A program made the translations under genes and the position numbers. A stretch of 64,000 bases of DNA, from assembly GCF_026210795.1 (NCBI RefSeq), contig NC_089429.1, positions 6,758,001 to 6,822,000 of the forward strand, written 5' to 3'. Of this stretch, positions 31,301 to 45,658 are shown piece after piece. The DNA comes from Rhizophagus irregularis. Its lineage: Eukaryota. The notes under the pieces were generated by a model. The model was not told the origin of the DNA. It searched no databases and worked only from the letters and a program-made list of their open reading frames with translations. Each line of letters begins with the position of its first letter. Positions within the stretch are counted from its first letter, which is position 1.

Positions 31301-31746
31301 AGATGTCCGGAAAATTGCAATATTCCGGACACTTTTCGGACACCAGACCGAGCCTCCTAGACATTTTCTGATGGCAATTTCCGTACATTTTTTTTTTATA
31401 AGGATTGAATAACTGACTTTTTTTATTGGTTTATTGTACACGTTTGGTCATAGGGATACTAAAATTAAAATTAGAAGATGAGCAAGACGTGAATTGAAGA
31501 TAAAGCGCGTGAAGTAAGAATGTTACTATTATCCATTTTTTTTTAATTAAAAAAATACATAATTATAATAAATGTAGATATTAGCTTTACAAAGAAGATT
31601 CAATATGGAACGCATTTGAGAAATAAGGAAATAGAGACATTGTATTAAAATCAATAATGTGTCCGCCGACGTAAAGTTAAAACATAAGGGGGATCATTGA
31701 AAATCGTATATCTTTAACATTAAGAATTTATCAAGATAGGTAGTAC

Positions 31747-31800
31747 AGTCTAACCTCGATATACCGATAGTTTATATACCGATAATTGACATATACCGAT
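31747..31800 (+). mobile_element. Solo pogo-like TIR remnant
   Basis: TA-CAGTCTAACCTCGATATACCGAT with three ATACCGAT repeats; I found no matching second TIR. Confidence 0.4.
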
Positions 31801-32752
31801 GATTTTTTTTTTTTAAATTAGTAACGCGTTTATTAATTATAATCAATTATAATAAAAGCTTACATAATTATTTAACCACAGAGAAAATAAAATAAAATAA
31901 AATTAAAAATCTATTACTTAACTATGTAATCTAAAATTCTAATTATTATACCGATGAATTTCCTTTATCCCGTTTCGCAACTAAACCTCATATTATATAT
32001 AATTTCACGATATAACATATATCGATACAATTCCCTTGTCCCTTTATAGTAATGTATAACAAAATATACTGATATTTTGGTTACCTTGATACTTAATTTT
32101 GCCCAGCACCGTAAGTTTGGCTGAGTTAACGATCATATGAGTTTTGAAATTATTATTGGTTGGCTAAAAAGTTAACCATAATGCTGGCAAGAACTAGATT
32201 TGGCCCGCATTATCAATATTTTGATATATCAATGTTTTTTTCCAAAAAAAACTGTATCGTCGCACGATAATAATATTATAGCACGCGAGCAATATCACAT
32301 GATTAATGGGTGATCGGCTAAAATTTTGTTACGTCCAGTCGTCCCATTAAACCATGTAAAAATAAGTGGTATTGCTCGCATACTATAATATATTATTAAA
32401 TACTTTTAATAATCGTAAACTTTTTAAATTCTGTAATTTATAATTATAAAATTTATCTTGTTTTTATTTTTTTATAATTTACCCTCATAGGGATCGATGT
32501 TTTATTATGGAATTTAGATTTTACGTAAACATAAAACATTCCCAGTAAAGCACTCCACTCGGCCAGCAAATGTTCCCAATGAGATAAAAAATATAAAAAT
32601 TTATTCAGTACATTTTATAGAAAGAATTAATAATTATTGTGAACAACTTATTTAGTGAGTAAAAAATAAAATTGGTAAATGAATAAAATTGATAAATGAA
32701 TAAAATTGATAAATGAATAAAATTTTCAAACTAAAGGAAAACTATTATAAAA

Positions 32753-33316
32753 CTATTCCAGATGATTGAATCCATCGTATGGAAGAATGTGAAATTCCCC
32801 ATCAGGATCCTTATAATTAAATATGATAATTTTATTATCATTATTAAAAAGCGTGCCTGTAGTATTTGACTGATCAGAATTTGGAAGTGTTTCGAGCATA
32901 GAGGATAGCATGGAGGATGGAAAGGGTAAAGGTAGTGGACGAGAAATAGATGGTGCTTTCGGAGGTTGGCCTGTTAATTCAATTTTAAACGAAGTTGTAT
33001 TTCTTAACTCATGAATTTCATGAACGCGTTTGGCTAGCGTTTTATATTCTTTTTTTTCTTCAGGGGTTGCATCATTCCATAATACACCGGCTGCTTTGCT
33101 TATTACACGCATATTACGGGTTCCTTTTCTGTTCGCCTCTTTGCAAACATTTCGTCTGAATATTAAGAATGAATTAAAAGGCCTTTTTGCTCTTGATCCA
33201 GTCGGAGCAACGAATGATTCAGGATCATTAAGTAATGGGGGGAAAATATTTTCCCTATTTAATCTCTTAATTAGAGATGTTGCCAAGGACTGCACTTGAA
33301 ATTTGATTTCTACCAT
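32753..33316 (-). CDS. HMG-box (MATA-HMG-type) transcription factor, 187 aa
   Basis: KRPFNSFLIFRR...NMRVISKAAGVLWNDATPEEKKEYKTLAKRV is a canonical HMG box. Confidence 0.9.
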   Translation of the reverse strand: MVEIKFQVQSLATSLIKRLNRENIFPPLLNDPESFVAPTGSRAKRPFNSFLIFRRNVCKEANRKGTRNMRVISKAAGVLWNDATPEEKKEYKTLAKRVHEIHELRNTTSFKIELTGQPPKAPSISRPLPLPFPSSMLSSMLETLPNSDQSNTTGTLFNNDNKIIIFNYKDPDGEFHILPYDGFNHLE

Positions 33317-34779
33317 TTTAACAATTTTAAAAAGTTTTTTCTAAATAATGGGGGATATTTTTATTTTATTATATTTTATTTAATTTTTTTTTTTGAAAAA
33401 AAACATGAAATAAATTTAGGCGCTTATATATCTATTTTTACGATAAAACGGTTAATGAAATTTCATCATAACATCAGGGAAATTACCCGTCTACAGTGTT
33501 CTGAGTTTTATGACTAATACAAATAATTTTGCAAACTATGAAAAATAACCAAAAATGGTTATACGTAAATTAATTAAATTACTTTGTTCTATTGTTCATT
33601 AATAATAGATTAAGTGATCATCGATAGCTTTACCGATTAATTTATTTATGTATAAATATTTGCCAAATTATCCAAACAAAATTTTATATATCTTATTTGT
33701 GGACGTATAAAATTATTCCGGGAATGTTTCCTTGTATGATTGGTTCAAACCTATTGTTATTAAATTGTAATACACTTTATCCTAAATTTTAATTGGTATA
33801 TTTTTGTTTGTTAAATTTCGTGTAGCAATAAAATTTAATAGAATTTAACAAGGAAGTTTTTTTTTTAAAAATAACAAATTCGTATATCACGTGAAGCAAT
33901 TTAAAGTAGTACAACATAACAATGTGATGATCATCGAGGGCGTACTTCGGAAGTTTTTTTTAATTTTTTTAATTATGAAATTCTAAATAAGGAATAACCA
34001 ACAATGATTTAAAAATTTTTCATTATTATTGAAATATGCGCTTATTAAACCTAATTGGTACAACCATATATGAAACATATCAAATAAACGAATAATGAAT
34101 TTTGCATACAAAAAAAAGATTTTCAAAATCCTTAATAGGTTGATCAATTTATTATGTTTTTAATTAATAACTATTATAAAAGAATAAAAGATTATATTTT
34201 TTAAGAACTCCGATGTATGCTTGGCATTTTAGAATTGGTCATCTGGTCATGTCATTTTTTGTTTATATTTTTTTTTAAAAAAAAATAAGGGAGGTATCTT
34301 GTCAAAGGAAAATAGTTACCGTAATATGAACAAATTTAATAAAATATTCTTCTCAATTCATTTTCTTTTTTTTTTTAAAAAAAATAAAGAATTTGAAATT
34401 GTATTACGTATTTTATCTTCATACATCATACAGTATAATAAAACGTTTTAGTAGATATGATTATGAAATCGGTCGGAGTTAAGGCATTATAAGATGAGCA
34501 CCGCCCTCCATCAAAATTACGTTGACGGCTATAAGATTTAATACTACATGCACAGGTTACAATTGGTTGTTTTTATATTATACAGACGTAGTGAAATTGT
34601 ATTTATATTGTATTTTATAACCTGCCAATAATTATAATATATCTTTTTTTAATATAATAATAATATTATAATACATAAATTCGTGATATAATTGCCTTAT
34701 TATAAAAATTGTCATAATTGAAACAAAACTCTAAGTTTGATATCGTAATGTTTTAATAATTTAGGGTTACAGTACATTT

Positions 34780-35300
34780 AATCGCCTCACCGAAGGGATA
34801 TTTCACCAAAGGGACGTTTCACCGAAGGACGTTTCACCGAAGGGACATTTCGCCGAAAGGATGTTTTGCCGAAAGTGCCATTATGCTGAAAACGGTAGCG
34901 ATTAACATTTTAATAAAAAAATATTCATCGCGCAATGAAAATAAAATTAAAACTTTTTTTTTTTCCAGGGTATTATCACTTTAACATTCAAGTAGCTGAT
35001 ATTAATTGATAACTTTATTTCCTGAAAACATTTATTCACGAAAAAGTAAGTAAAAAAAGTCTATTAATATGTTATAAAAACAAACGAGATAAATTTAATA
35101 AAAATTAACTAATTCAACTTTTATGTATTTAGTATAAAAACAATAAAATAACCAAATGGAATAAATAATTTTTCGGCGAAATGGGGTTTTGGTGAAATGG
35201 TATTTCGGCGAGACGTCCTTTCAGCGAAAATCTTTTTGGCGAAATATCCCTTCAGTGAAATATTCCTTTGGCGAAATAGGTTTCGGTGAAATAGACTTCG
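34780..35300. mobile_element. MITE-like element with inverted arrays of ~15-bp subterminal repeats
   Basis: Left array TTTCRCCGAAGGGAC-like (34785-34875) and right array TTCGGYGAAA-like in the opposite orientation (35170-35295), around an AT-rich core. Exact termini and TSD not resolved. Confidence 0.65.
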
Positions 35301-38300
35301 TCAAAATCCGGATACCAAATGAAGAACCGGATATAATGAATCTGGATGCAACGAGGGAACCGGATATATAAATAAATCCGAAGATCCGATTCAGTTCCTT
35401 CGCGTTTCATGATTCGAGGAATCTGGATATTTTACAGGTTAAAATAACTCTGGTTTGAAACTCTAATTCGGAAATCTAAATAGTAAAAGAAAGTCAAATA
35501 TCAACACTTTGCTGACAATGTTTAAAATCACGTTCATTTTCTTCGTTGGAAATTCTAATTGAAGCGCAATTTCTGAAAATCAAATAATAAATAATAAATA
35601 AACAAAAATTTTTAATGAAATTAATAAAACAATAAATTCAGATACATATTTTTTTTTTTATTTTTTGAACCAAAAAATAAATAACAATCAGATAATTAAG
35701 CTTAAAATGATTAACAAGCAAAATAAACCGAAAATGATCATCCTTTAGACCTTTACTAAATAAAAAAAATTATGTTAATAGCTAGTTAAGAGTAATTTCT
35801 CATTTTTTTTATAGACATGTTATATAATGAAAAATTTTGAAATAAAATGAAAGTTATGACTTGGCTAGAAAAACCCCGGCGAGCAAAGCGAGCCAAATGA
35901 AATTGCATCGTCATAATAAATCACATGAATATTTAATACACCATGATCTACCAGTAATTTTTCCACTGGTTAAAATTTAGAAATTCTCTTTAAATCTTAA
36001 AAACTATGTATCATAATTATAATACTGTATGGTAGTATAAACCAACTTAATTAAAAAAAGTCAGAATTATTACAGTTCTAATAATATTATGATTATAGTT
36101 CCTTGCCATGTTTAACGTTAACTTGTTTATTTTTAATACTTAGTTTTTTTAACTGATAAGTATGAGTAATATCGTTTAAATCTATAGATGGGAACGTAGG
36201 GTGTCAAAGTTAAATTTGTTCAGGTCAATAAGGATTTTTTTTTTAAAAAAATAGTTACTAACATTTGAGCGGCACGAGAGCTGCTCTGATTAGATTTTTT
36301 AAAACAGTAAATAATTCCGGGCTCAAAATTCTACTGAGAATTAGTTCAAAAACCACCTAAATTTTAAATCAATCAGAGACACAAATAAAAAATATTCTAA
36401 TCGTGTTACACAGAGATATCATGATTTGCATGTGATCAAAACTATGATGTGATTCAGATTTACTTCGCCTTCACGGGTAGAATACCGTTATACCGACCAC
36501 AGCCATATTAATTTTTTTTCTCTTACAGCGCAATTAAATAATCAAAGACTTTTTCATGTTTTATGTTTAATAAAAGTTTTATCGGTAAATAAAAAAAAGT
36601 GCATAATATTAATAATAACATGGACAGACATAAAGGATTATTATTCTAATTCAATATATATAGTTTTAAATATATTTAAAATTAAATAACTTGCTACGTG
36701 GCTTGATGCGGAAATTATTGTTATAATAAGCTAGTTAGGTACTAGGTAGTTTATGAACTTATTCAAATATCGTATATATATATATATATAATTAAAATAA
36801 CACAATAGAATGGATGGATGCGCAATCGTTATTTCAATAATATCTCATTTACTTATATATTGAAATCACATTTCTTCCACAATTCAGTCTATTAAATAAT
36901 CAACTGATGATATTAGGTTATAATCTGATGATTTTTTATAGAAATTTGTTTTGTAATTAGAAAATACTATATTAAAATTATTATAACAAATTTATTAGAC
37001 AATATTAAACGAATCTCTTATGTTATCTAATGTGTCCCAGTGTCTAATGCACATTATATATTACAAATTCATGGGAATATTTCTGGAATATTCCCGACAT
37101 TTCTAATTAATTTTAAGGTACATTTTATGATTGGATGCTTCTTTTTATAGAGTAATAAAAGTAAAGTAATCGAGATTTGAGATGATGAAATAATTTATTT
37201 TAATTAGGAATACGTTCTGAATTTTTAATTTTAAAACAAAATAGTGTCAATATTTAGTTATTATAATTCTAATGAAGATTTAATAAAGTACTTAAATTAA
37301 AAACTTTAGGTTAATTTATCATATTTTACTTAGAATCGTTAATATTACATCATATGTTTGCGGCTGTGTGTTGGCTTTGAACTTTACGTTATGTGGCAGA
37401 TTCCGTCTTGATGTCACTTATCATGGTAAAGTGTTTTATTGGCTATTAATTTTAAAATATAAATAGTTCAAAATTCATGATTCAACTAATTATCCCCCCT
37501 TTTCCTTTTCCCCTTTTCTTCTTTTTTTCTTTTCATTTTATTCTCAAATAATCAAAGTATCAAACCATCTAATAATTTTATTGCATAATTATATTAGTTA
37601 TTACATATTTAAATATCAAAGTATGGTATACAATATGTTAATACCAATTAAAATATTTATAAGACTTGCATAAATTAAAACAAATTGTTTATCTATATAT
37701 AATTAAACACATTCAAACAAAGTATTTCTTTTTTATAAGTTATTATTACACCATCTTTCTCATCCCTCACCAACAAAATGTATCAAAAATAATGATATAT
37801 ATGATTCAGATTCAAATGAGATAATTTTATAATTTTACCAAATTAGTATATTTTTTTATGCCATCACTGTTAAATATAAAACAAATAATTACAGTATACA
37901 TATAATACATACAAGCAAGCATTCTGATTTACAAATTCTCTCAAATACTTATTTACATTAATCAAAGGCAACCCATCAATTACCTTAAACGGTAATTTCA
38001 TAAAATTTACGAATCCTATACAGATAAAAATTATTTGATGCCGAATTAATAGACGTATTGAAGTCTGATAAAAAGTCATGTTAGAATTGCTAAACTCTAT
38101 ATTTTCTTTTATTACTACTATAAATGAACAATATTTACTTATTCCAATATGAAATAATTTACCAAAATCTCAACTGTGAGCATTATATTGCATTTTACAT
38201 ATTTAGAGTAAACTGTAATTGGTTTAATAAACAAAAAAAAGGACTGTAACTAATTTAATTAATCTAATAATGACCAAAAAATATTTATATACTATCTACT

Positions 38301-40740
38301 GTTATAACATTATGATGCTATTGAAGACCATTTATTTCTCTATGCTCTGGTGACTTATATCAATGGACACTCAGTAAAGCTTATTATCTCAATGAAACTC
38401 ATTGTATTGATAGATTTATTAATATTTATACAGAATAATACCAGTTACAATAAAAAATAAAGATACTTAAGATTATATGCATATATTTAGTATAATATAG
38501 TTATTAAGTGTTATAAATTAATTAAACTTCTTTTTCCCTATATACTTCAACCAATAAAAAAAAGTTGGAACAAAAAAAAGTATATCCCAAAAAAGCCAAA
38601 ATTACTTTCTTCTTATTTCATTATATATGAGTTACATTAAGTACAAATGTCAAATTCCAGTTTTCAATTAAATTAAATATATTAGTTATTCGGAATGAAA
38701 GTATAAGTTTAACAAAAACTTTATATCTTTTTATTCACTTATAATAATAAGTAAATGAATTATATATATCTCAAGAATATTTAGGATATTTTTACTGATT
38801 TTAATGATATTATATGTAGTAATTATAAGTTAATGAATGAAAAACTTTATGTTCACAATTCATTTACTTAACAACCACACCTTTGCCAAATCAAAATTAT
38901 ATATTTTTTTTAAAATGAAACAAACATCTATGATTTGGCAACAGTAGTGTTGGAAATTCAGATTATCCTTATACACAAAAGTGCACATTATTCAAAAAAG
39001 TTTATGCACAACATATGAAGCCATATTAGCTTTAGAGGTTATAATTGCCTGGTTTAATAGCAGTAAATTTGTGATATTTAATATAATACAAACCCCATAA
39101 AGATCATGATACAGAATTAAAATATTTTGAAAATAATGAAAACCCCCCTATTTATAATTCATTCATATTACCTGTAACAGTAGTAAATTCGTGAAATTTA
39201 CATAGCAAAAAACCATTCCAAAAAATATTCTCAAATAAAACTATGAAAAACCTTTTAAAGAATCTTCATTATATAGAAACTTACTAAATATTTAATTTAT
39301 TTATGAAGAAAGATAAAGAAAACGAGATCCAATATATAGAAATTGGTTTTATCAAAGATAATAATATAATTTATGATAATTGAAAAGAATACCTTTATCT
39401 ATATAATTTATTTATCTTTATTTTTATCCGGACTGCTTTTCAATAATTTGAACCTAAATGAAAATCGTGATCAAAAATTCCTTTCTTAAATACTTCCTCA
39501 CAAATTACTATTATAATAATCTCTTATGAAACTAAAAAATTTAATGATAAACATCTGCTGAGATATACTTACAATGCAGTTGTTCGCTTGAGTTGATACT
39601 GCTATTTCTATACCAAGAATTCACATGTTGGTCCATCCCAATGTAATCTGACTCTTTTAGAACACTATGATCCACAAGTCGCAAATGTTTTACTAATCCT
39701 TATATAAGAATTAACAACAAGAATCAGCTTGCAATCAAATCAAAATAATTAGTTGTCCAAAAGAAATTGACGAATAAATAATGATTAAAGTTTTTTCACC
39801 AAAATTATCATACCAAAAAATTACTATACAAATTATAAATCTAATCATTATTATTTAGATTGTTTAATATAATTATAAAATAATTTCTTTCTTTATTAAA
39901 TACATGTAATTTATTTTTAAAAAGTATCAAATATACTTACAAAAAAGAAAATATAACTAGAATTTAAAACTTGAAGAATGAAACAAGTTACAATATAAAC
40001 ATTTTATAGAAAATGGGTATATGAGAATAACAACCTTATGCATGCAAGCATCTTGGTATAATCCCTTAACTTTGGTATACAAAGAAATGATATTTCAATA
40101 GTGGAAAAAAATTCCATGTATTTGTTTACTATGAAATTCCTACCTGCAATTTTTTGATTCTTCTTTGTTCTCCAATTTTTTTTTCAAATCATCTCTATGA
40201 TAAAATTATTTATTGAGTAGTATCATTTTAGAGATGTATCACTACATGAAATCCTACAATATTAGAATAATTGGAAACTATTTACTATTTTAAATTAAAG
40301 ATTTTATTAATTAATTATTATCACTTTATGTTTATACTATTAATATTGATAAACAAACTTACAATAGTAATTATGTACTAGTTAAAATCGATATGGATTG
40401 ACAGAGTATTGACAGCATATTTATTTACATATGATGTCATAGTAAAGAAAAAGAAGTGATTAAATTAATAAACTGGCAGAAGAATGGTCTTTTTTTACTT
40501 TTAGTTCAGAAATGGAACAAGAACTAATTATTAAATTCCATGTTGAATCAATGCTAATGTCAAATCTATGAATCAAGTAGGGCTGGTTAACAGCTCAATG
40601 GAAATGTAGAAAACAATTATATGGTAATCATAAACAAGATCACACTAAAAGAAGTATTTTTCTTTTATACAAACTGAAATGCTAATTTACATATATGGAT
40701 AGCTGCCAGATGGAATGTCTTTCTCCTTATTTTAACCAGT

Positions 40741-42327
40741 ATGAATTCAAAAACTCATTTTCTTCCCTCTTTACATTCTAACGAAAAAATTTCAATAATG
40801 ACATCAACATTATCAGTAATTGCTCTTGTCATCTGGTTGAGATCAACAGCCTATACTGTAAACGGAAATACCCTGTATAGGGAAAAAATATCAAACCAGA
40901 CTCATACTTTCACCTTCAAACAGTTAGTTAACGCTCATCATGAATATAATGAAAGTTCAAAGAAGGAGATTTAGTTCTCTTTGGTGGGAAGTTTACACTA
41001 GATGAAAAAAAATTAATGGTCAGTAACATTGCATTTTTTGTAGCTAAAACAACCATAAAAATTAAAAAATATACTTATTTTTTTTCATGTGAGTAGCTTA
41101 TCATCAAGATGGCTTGTCTAATGGATCTGAAAGTGGGCCAAACAGTGAACATCTGAAGTGGGATCTAATGCAAATTCCTTCAATAAGGCTGTTTGTAAAT
41201 ATCTCAACATCTGCAGAAGAGCCCTTAACTTCTTACGAAGATATAAATTTTGTTAAGACTCGTTCGTTAATATATTCTCCATTTCACCAAACTGCTCACT
41301 ATATTAATTTTGAGGTAGGTTACTCAAAAGACACAAAATGGTTTGATTCTCTCAATGACAAGTAAGGTGATTACGCAAATTTTTTCATTGGCAGCTTTCT
41401 TGAAGCTATCTACTTAATAAACGATAAGACATATATCCAAATTGACACCAAGCTAATTGATTATGATGTGAGGTTTCACCACCAGAATCACTAAACTTTT
41501 ATAACAACATCTCCAAGGAAATCAGTTAACACTTTTGCATTGAAAAGAAATGAATCAGCTTCAAGGTCTGTTTCTAGCACAAGAACAAGTTCGATAATTA
41601 TAGACGATAATCTTTTACTTTCTCAACCTAATCAAAATTTACTCAAGAATTTGATGACTCTAACAAGAAAAATTCGATCGTTATTGATGATGATGAGCCA
41701 GCCTTCCAATCTACTACCGATAACAATGAACTATCCAAATTAGAGATGCAAACAAAACCTAATCTTGAAAAAGTGAGGGCTAAACTATCTATTTCGCCTT
41801 TTTCAAATAAATAAAATTTTTATTATAAGCAATACAAAACTATAGCATTTTTTAAAATAAGTATACCTATTATAATTATGTTATAATATGTTGAAATATT
41901 ATCAAATACAAAAAATGGAGAAATTTTTTGCTGATATTTAGTTTCGCCCAGTTTCATCTGGCTATATTATACTATAGGGCTAAATTGGGCTAAATAGTTT
42001 TGTTTGCATCTCTAATCCAAATTCGTATCTTATTACAAAAAATTCAAAGAATCTGAGAAGCAAGATCAATCATCAAGAATGACTCCTTCTACAGCTCATT
42101 TATCTCCTACTCCTACCTATAGATCACAAAAATGCAAATTATCAGATTTATGTAATTTAGAAGAATCCAATAATGATCCTGATAATGATCCTAACAATTT
42201 TGGTAACAATCCTGGTAATGGTAACGATCCTGTTAATGATCCTTTCAGATTGGAATGTACGTATTATAGACAAGAAAGTGGGAAAGGTGGGAGAGGCGGA
42301 AGAGGTGGGAAAGGCAAAAGAGGCTAA
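40741..42327 (+). pseudogene. Decayed intron-containing gene fragments of unknown function
   Basis: Collinear short ORFs with coding-like composition (..KEI*/LVLFGGKFTLD.., ..GYSKDTKWFDSL.., NDP repeats, GRGG tail) broken by stops. Identity not established. Confidence 0.3.
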
Positions 42328-42796
42328 AAGGTAAAAAAATAAAGCTTCCATTAATTACAATATCACCATTTCATGTAAAAAATTTTGTTATCTCTAAATA
42401 AACCTATATGATATTACTAGTGTTCTAAAAGAATAATAAATAAAATTTTTTTTGAAAATATTTCCTTCTTTTTTTCTCTATAAAAAAATATCAAAGATAA
42501 ATAAATCATCTTAATAAAATGGGAATTTTTTGATTTTTTTTTTGATTTTTTTTTATTAAGATAAATGATAATCATATTGAATAAGTACAGAATTGACGTA
42601 ATGAAATAATATATCTAATTATTCTGTTCTAATGGTGCAGCCAAATTATGTCATCATTATCTAATTTCATTTAGCTGCGCTATTATTACTTCATTTTTTT
42701 TCAGCTGTACTATCATTACCTAATTATTATCTAATTACTTTCAGCTGTGCCATCATTGCCTCATTATTATTTAATTTCTTTCAGCTGTGCCATCAT

Positions 42797-44230
42797 AGGA
42801 CCCCGAAAAATACATATAAAAGTCAGAGATGATCGGCAAAATTTTGCCTTAAAATAAGCAAATGTTTTTACTAAGATCAATACGCAAAGTTGACTTTTGA
42901 CTTTATAATTTATATTAGAATAAGCAAATTTTTTTTATGACATTTGTATATTAAAAAAATGAAATCATGGCTTTTTTTTTAATTTAATTAGTTGTATTTA
43001 GAATATACTTCCAGTATAATTGATTTTCAATTGCTAGCATAATGCCAAATTGCATAAATTAATTTGTACTGACGTATTTATTTATACTACTATATTTAAT
43101 TATTTGATAATTCAAGTATTAACACTAAAACAAAAAGATTGTTCATTATTTTTTTATAAATTATAACAAAAACTTAGAATATTGATAACATTTTAAAGTT
43201 AAAGAAAAGTCAATATAATTTATAAAATCATTTCTAAAAGAAAATCCTATTTCTAAAGAAAAAAAATATTAATACTACTTTCACATATAAAACAAAAAAA
43301 ATTCCACCCTATTTTCAACTTACTAAAAATTTCAGTTTAGTTTTAATCTAAAAACCATTTCTAATAGAAAAAACAATAGAAATGTTAATAATACTTCTAA
43401 AATAAACAAAATAAAGCTAAAAAATTCTTTACTTACAGTGAGCATTGAAGTTCCAATCTGAATTCCAAGTTCCTAAGAAAAAAGTAAAAGGAATATTAGT
43501 ATGGTAATATTCCCAAAAAAATTGACTATACTTTTCTCTTAACTCATATTTTTCCAAGATATTGGTATCTAAAATAATAAATTTTAGATTTAAGAAGTTG
43601 CTTTTAAAGAAAAATAATAAAAAGGAATATTAATAACATTCTAAACCAAATATTTTTTTTTTAATAAAATGGCCTGTTGTTAAAAAAATATAACAGTAAA
43701 GGCCAAAAAAAAATTTTTATTGAATAAAACGGTTTGTTACAGACCAAAAAAAAATTATTTTATGTTTTTCTTTTAATAAAACGGTCTGTTAAAAGTCAAA
43801 AAATTAAAAAAAATTATCTATTATCAATCAGATTAGCCATCAATTACGTATTTTCAAAAATTTATGTATTATACTATGCTTATTAGGGAATTCCAAGGCA
43901 TTATGCTGCTAATTAGTAGAAAATCGCTGGAATTCCAAGGCGTTATGCTGCTAATTAGTAGAAAATCGCTGGAATTCCAAGGCGTTATGCTGCTAATTAG
44001 TAGAAGACTGCTGGAATTATATATATATATATTTTATTAAAAAATACCGTTGACTACGCAAATTAAAATATATGACATATATAAAAATGATTGTTATTAC
44101 GCAAACTATATATATAACCTTTTAAAAAATCTCAAAATCTATGCAAATAAAATTTTATGACTTTTGGAAATTTTACTAATATGGTTAAGCAAACTTGCAT
44201 GTGACCTTTATATGTATTTTTCGGGGTCCT
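42797..44230. mobile_element. Non-autonomous TIR DNA transposon (~1.43 kb)
   Basis: TIR AGGACCCCGAAAAATACATATAAA / TTTATATGTATTTTTCGGGGTCCT; flanking direct repeat GCCATCAT (42789-42796, 44231-44238; 8 or 9 bp depending on the end chosen); no coding capacity. Confidence 0.85.
43887..44017. repeat. 42-bp tandem repeat x3 inside the non-autonomous transposon
   Basis: GGAATTCCAAGGCRTTATGCTGCTAATTAGTAGAAAATCGCT at 43887, 43929 and 43971. Confidence 0.95.
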
Positions 44231-45339
44231 GCCATCATTACCTCATTATCTAAGCTGCATCATTATTCTCCTAATTTCATTTGCTGCGCCGTTCAATTTT
44301 AAAGTTTTTACACCATTTAACTAATTTCATTTGCTGCACCGTTCGATTTTAAAAGTTTTTACACCAAACACGTTCTTTTTATCAAACACTTTTACCTTTT
44401 TTTTTCTTCTTCTCTTATTAAAACAAATAAAATTGACATTTATACTCAAATTGCACAGCAAAATTATGTCAGTACATAATTCAGCTTCTAATTTCATTCT
44501 ACTGCGCCATTTGTATAATTAGTTTTTTAAAATATGTTCTAATAGCGCAGCCAAATTATATCAATACATAATATTTAGTTACACTATTATCTAATTCGAT
44601 TTTGAAAGTAATATTTTTAGCTTTTAAATAAGTAATCATTTTTTTTGAAATAAAATTGTTTTAATTAATTGAAAAAAAAAGAAACAATTTCAATTCTAAT
44701 TAAAAATCATTCTTCTAAATAAAAAAAACTAATAAAAAATGTATACAAAAAAGAACCAGTTTCTTAATAAAATGAGAAATAATAAAAAATAGAATTGACA
44801 TCTATACAGGAGTTTACTTCTCCAAATCAAGTGGTAGATATTATTAAAGATTTATAAGATGAAAAAGTGGAATGGGATAAGACAAAAACAGGAAATAAGT
44901 ATTTCATAACGTTGATTCAGTTTGTTCTTAGTTCATTAAATAAAATTTAAACTGCTTCTAACAGGTATGGAATTGATTAAAGTTATCATTCCACATATTA
45001 TGGTATAAAAAAAAATTTTTGTTAAATTTTACTTAAAATGTCTTTGACTGTTGATTGGGTTGAATCAGGTGTTTGGCTGGGTATACCTGACCCATTCGGT
45101 CAATTTTTTATTTGCTGCGCCATTCAATTTTTTTTTCATTTTGCTTGAGTGATATAATAAAATATTTTAAATTAATATAAATAGAACAAAAATAATTTTA
45201 CATTCAGCTCAGTTTTGAAATGAAAAAAATTCTTAAAAACTTGAAACAAATAAAATTCACAAAAACTTGAAACAAATAAAATTCTCAAAAACTTAAAATA
45301 AAAAAATTCTCAAAAACTATAGATTTAAACATTAATCGT

Positions 45340-45655
45340 TAGAGAGTTGAATTATCAGATGATGAATCTGATTCTTATTCTGATTATAAAGACTTTGATA
45401 ATTCTCTATTTTCAAGTTTTGCAGTACATCAAACTGCCAATGCAGACTATTCTCGTATTCTAATCCAATCCTCTTTTTCATCTTCAAATATAACTTTTAG
45501 AGCTTATTTTCCACCCTGGCAATTCTCTACAAAACTATTCAATTTGAAATCTTAATTTGATAAAGATATTCTTACCCAGTATCCATGTGTTCTATGTAGT
45601 TATTGTTCTCATTTACAATACCCAACAAAAGCAAGATGGGAGTTATATAATGACA
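45340..45655 (+). pseudogene. Decayed Helitron-like Rep/helicase ORF, 5' part (target of the 15-kb insertion)
   Basis: Frame ...YPCVLCSYCSHLQYPTKARWELYND continues in frame at 60696 once the element and one TSD are removed; one internal stop. Confidence 0.55.
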
Positions 45656-45658
45656 GTC

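Noticed and set aside
43887..44017. 42-bp repeats as a possible CRISPR array
   Set aside because: Contiguous tandem copies with no spacers, inside a non-autonomous transposon.
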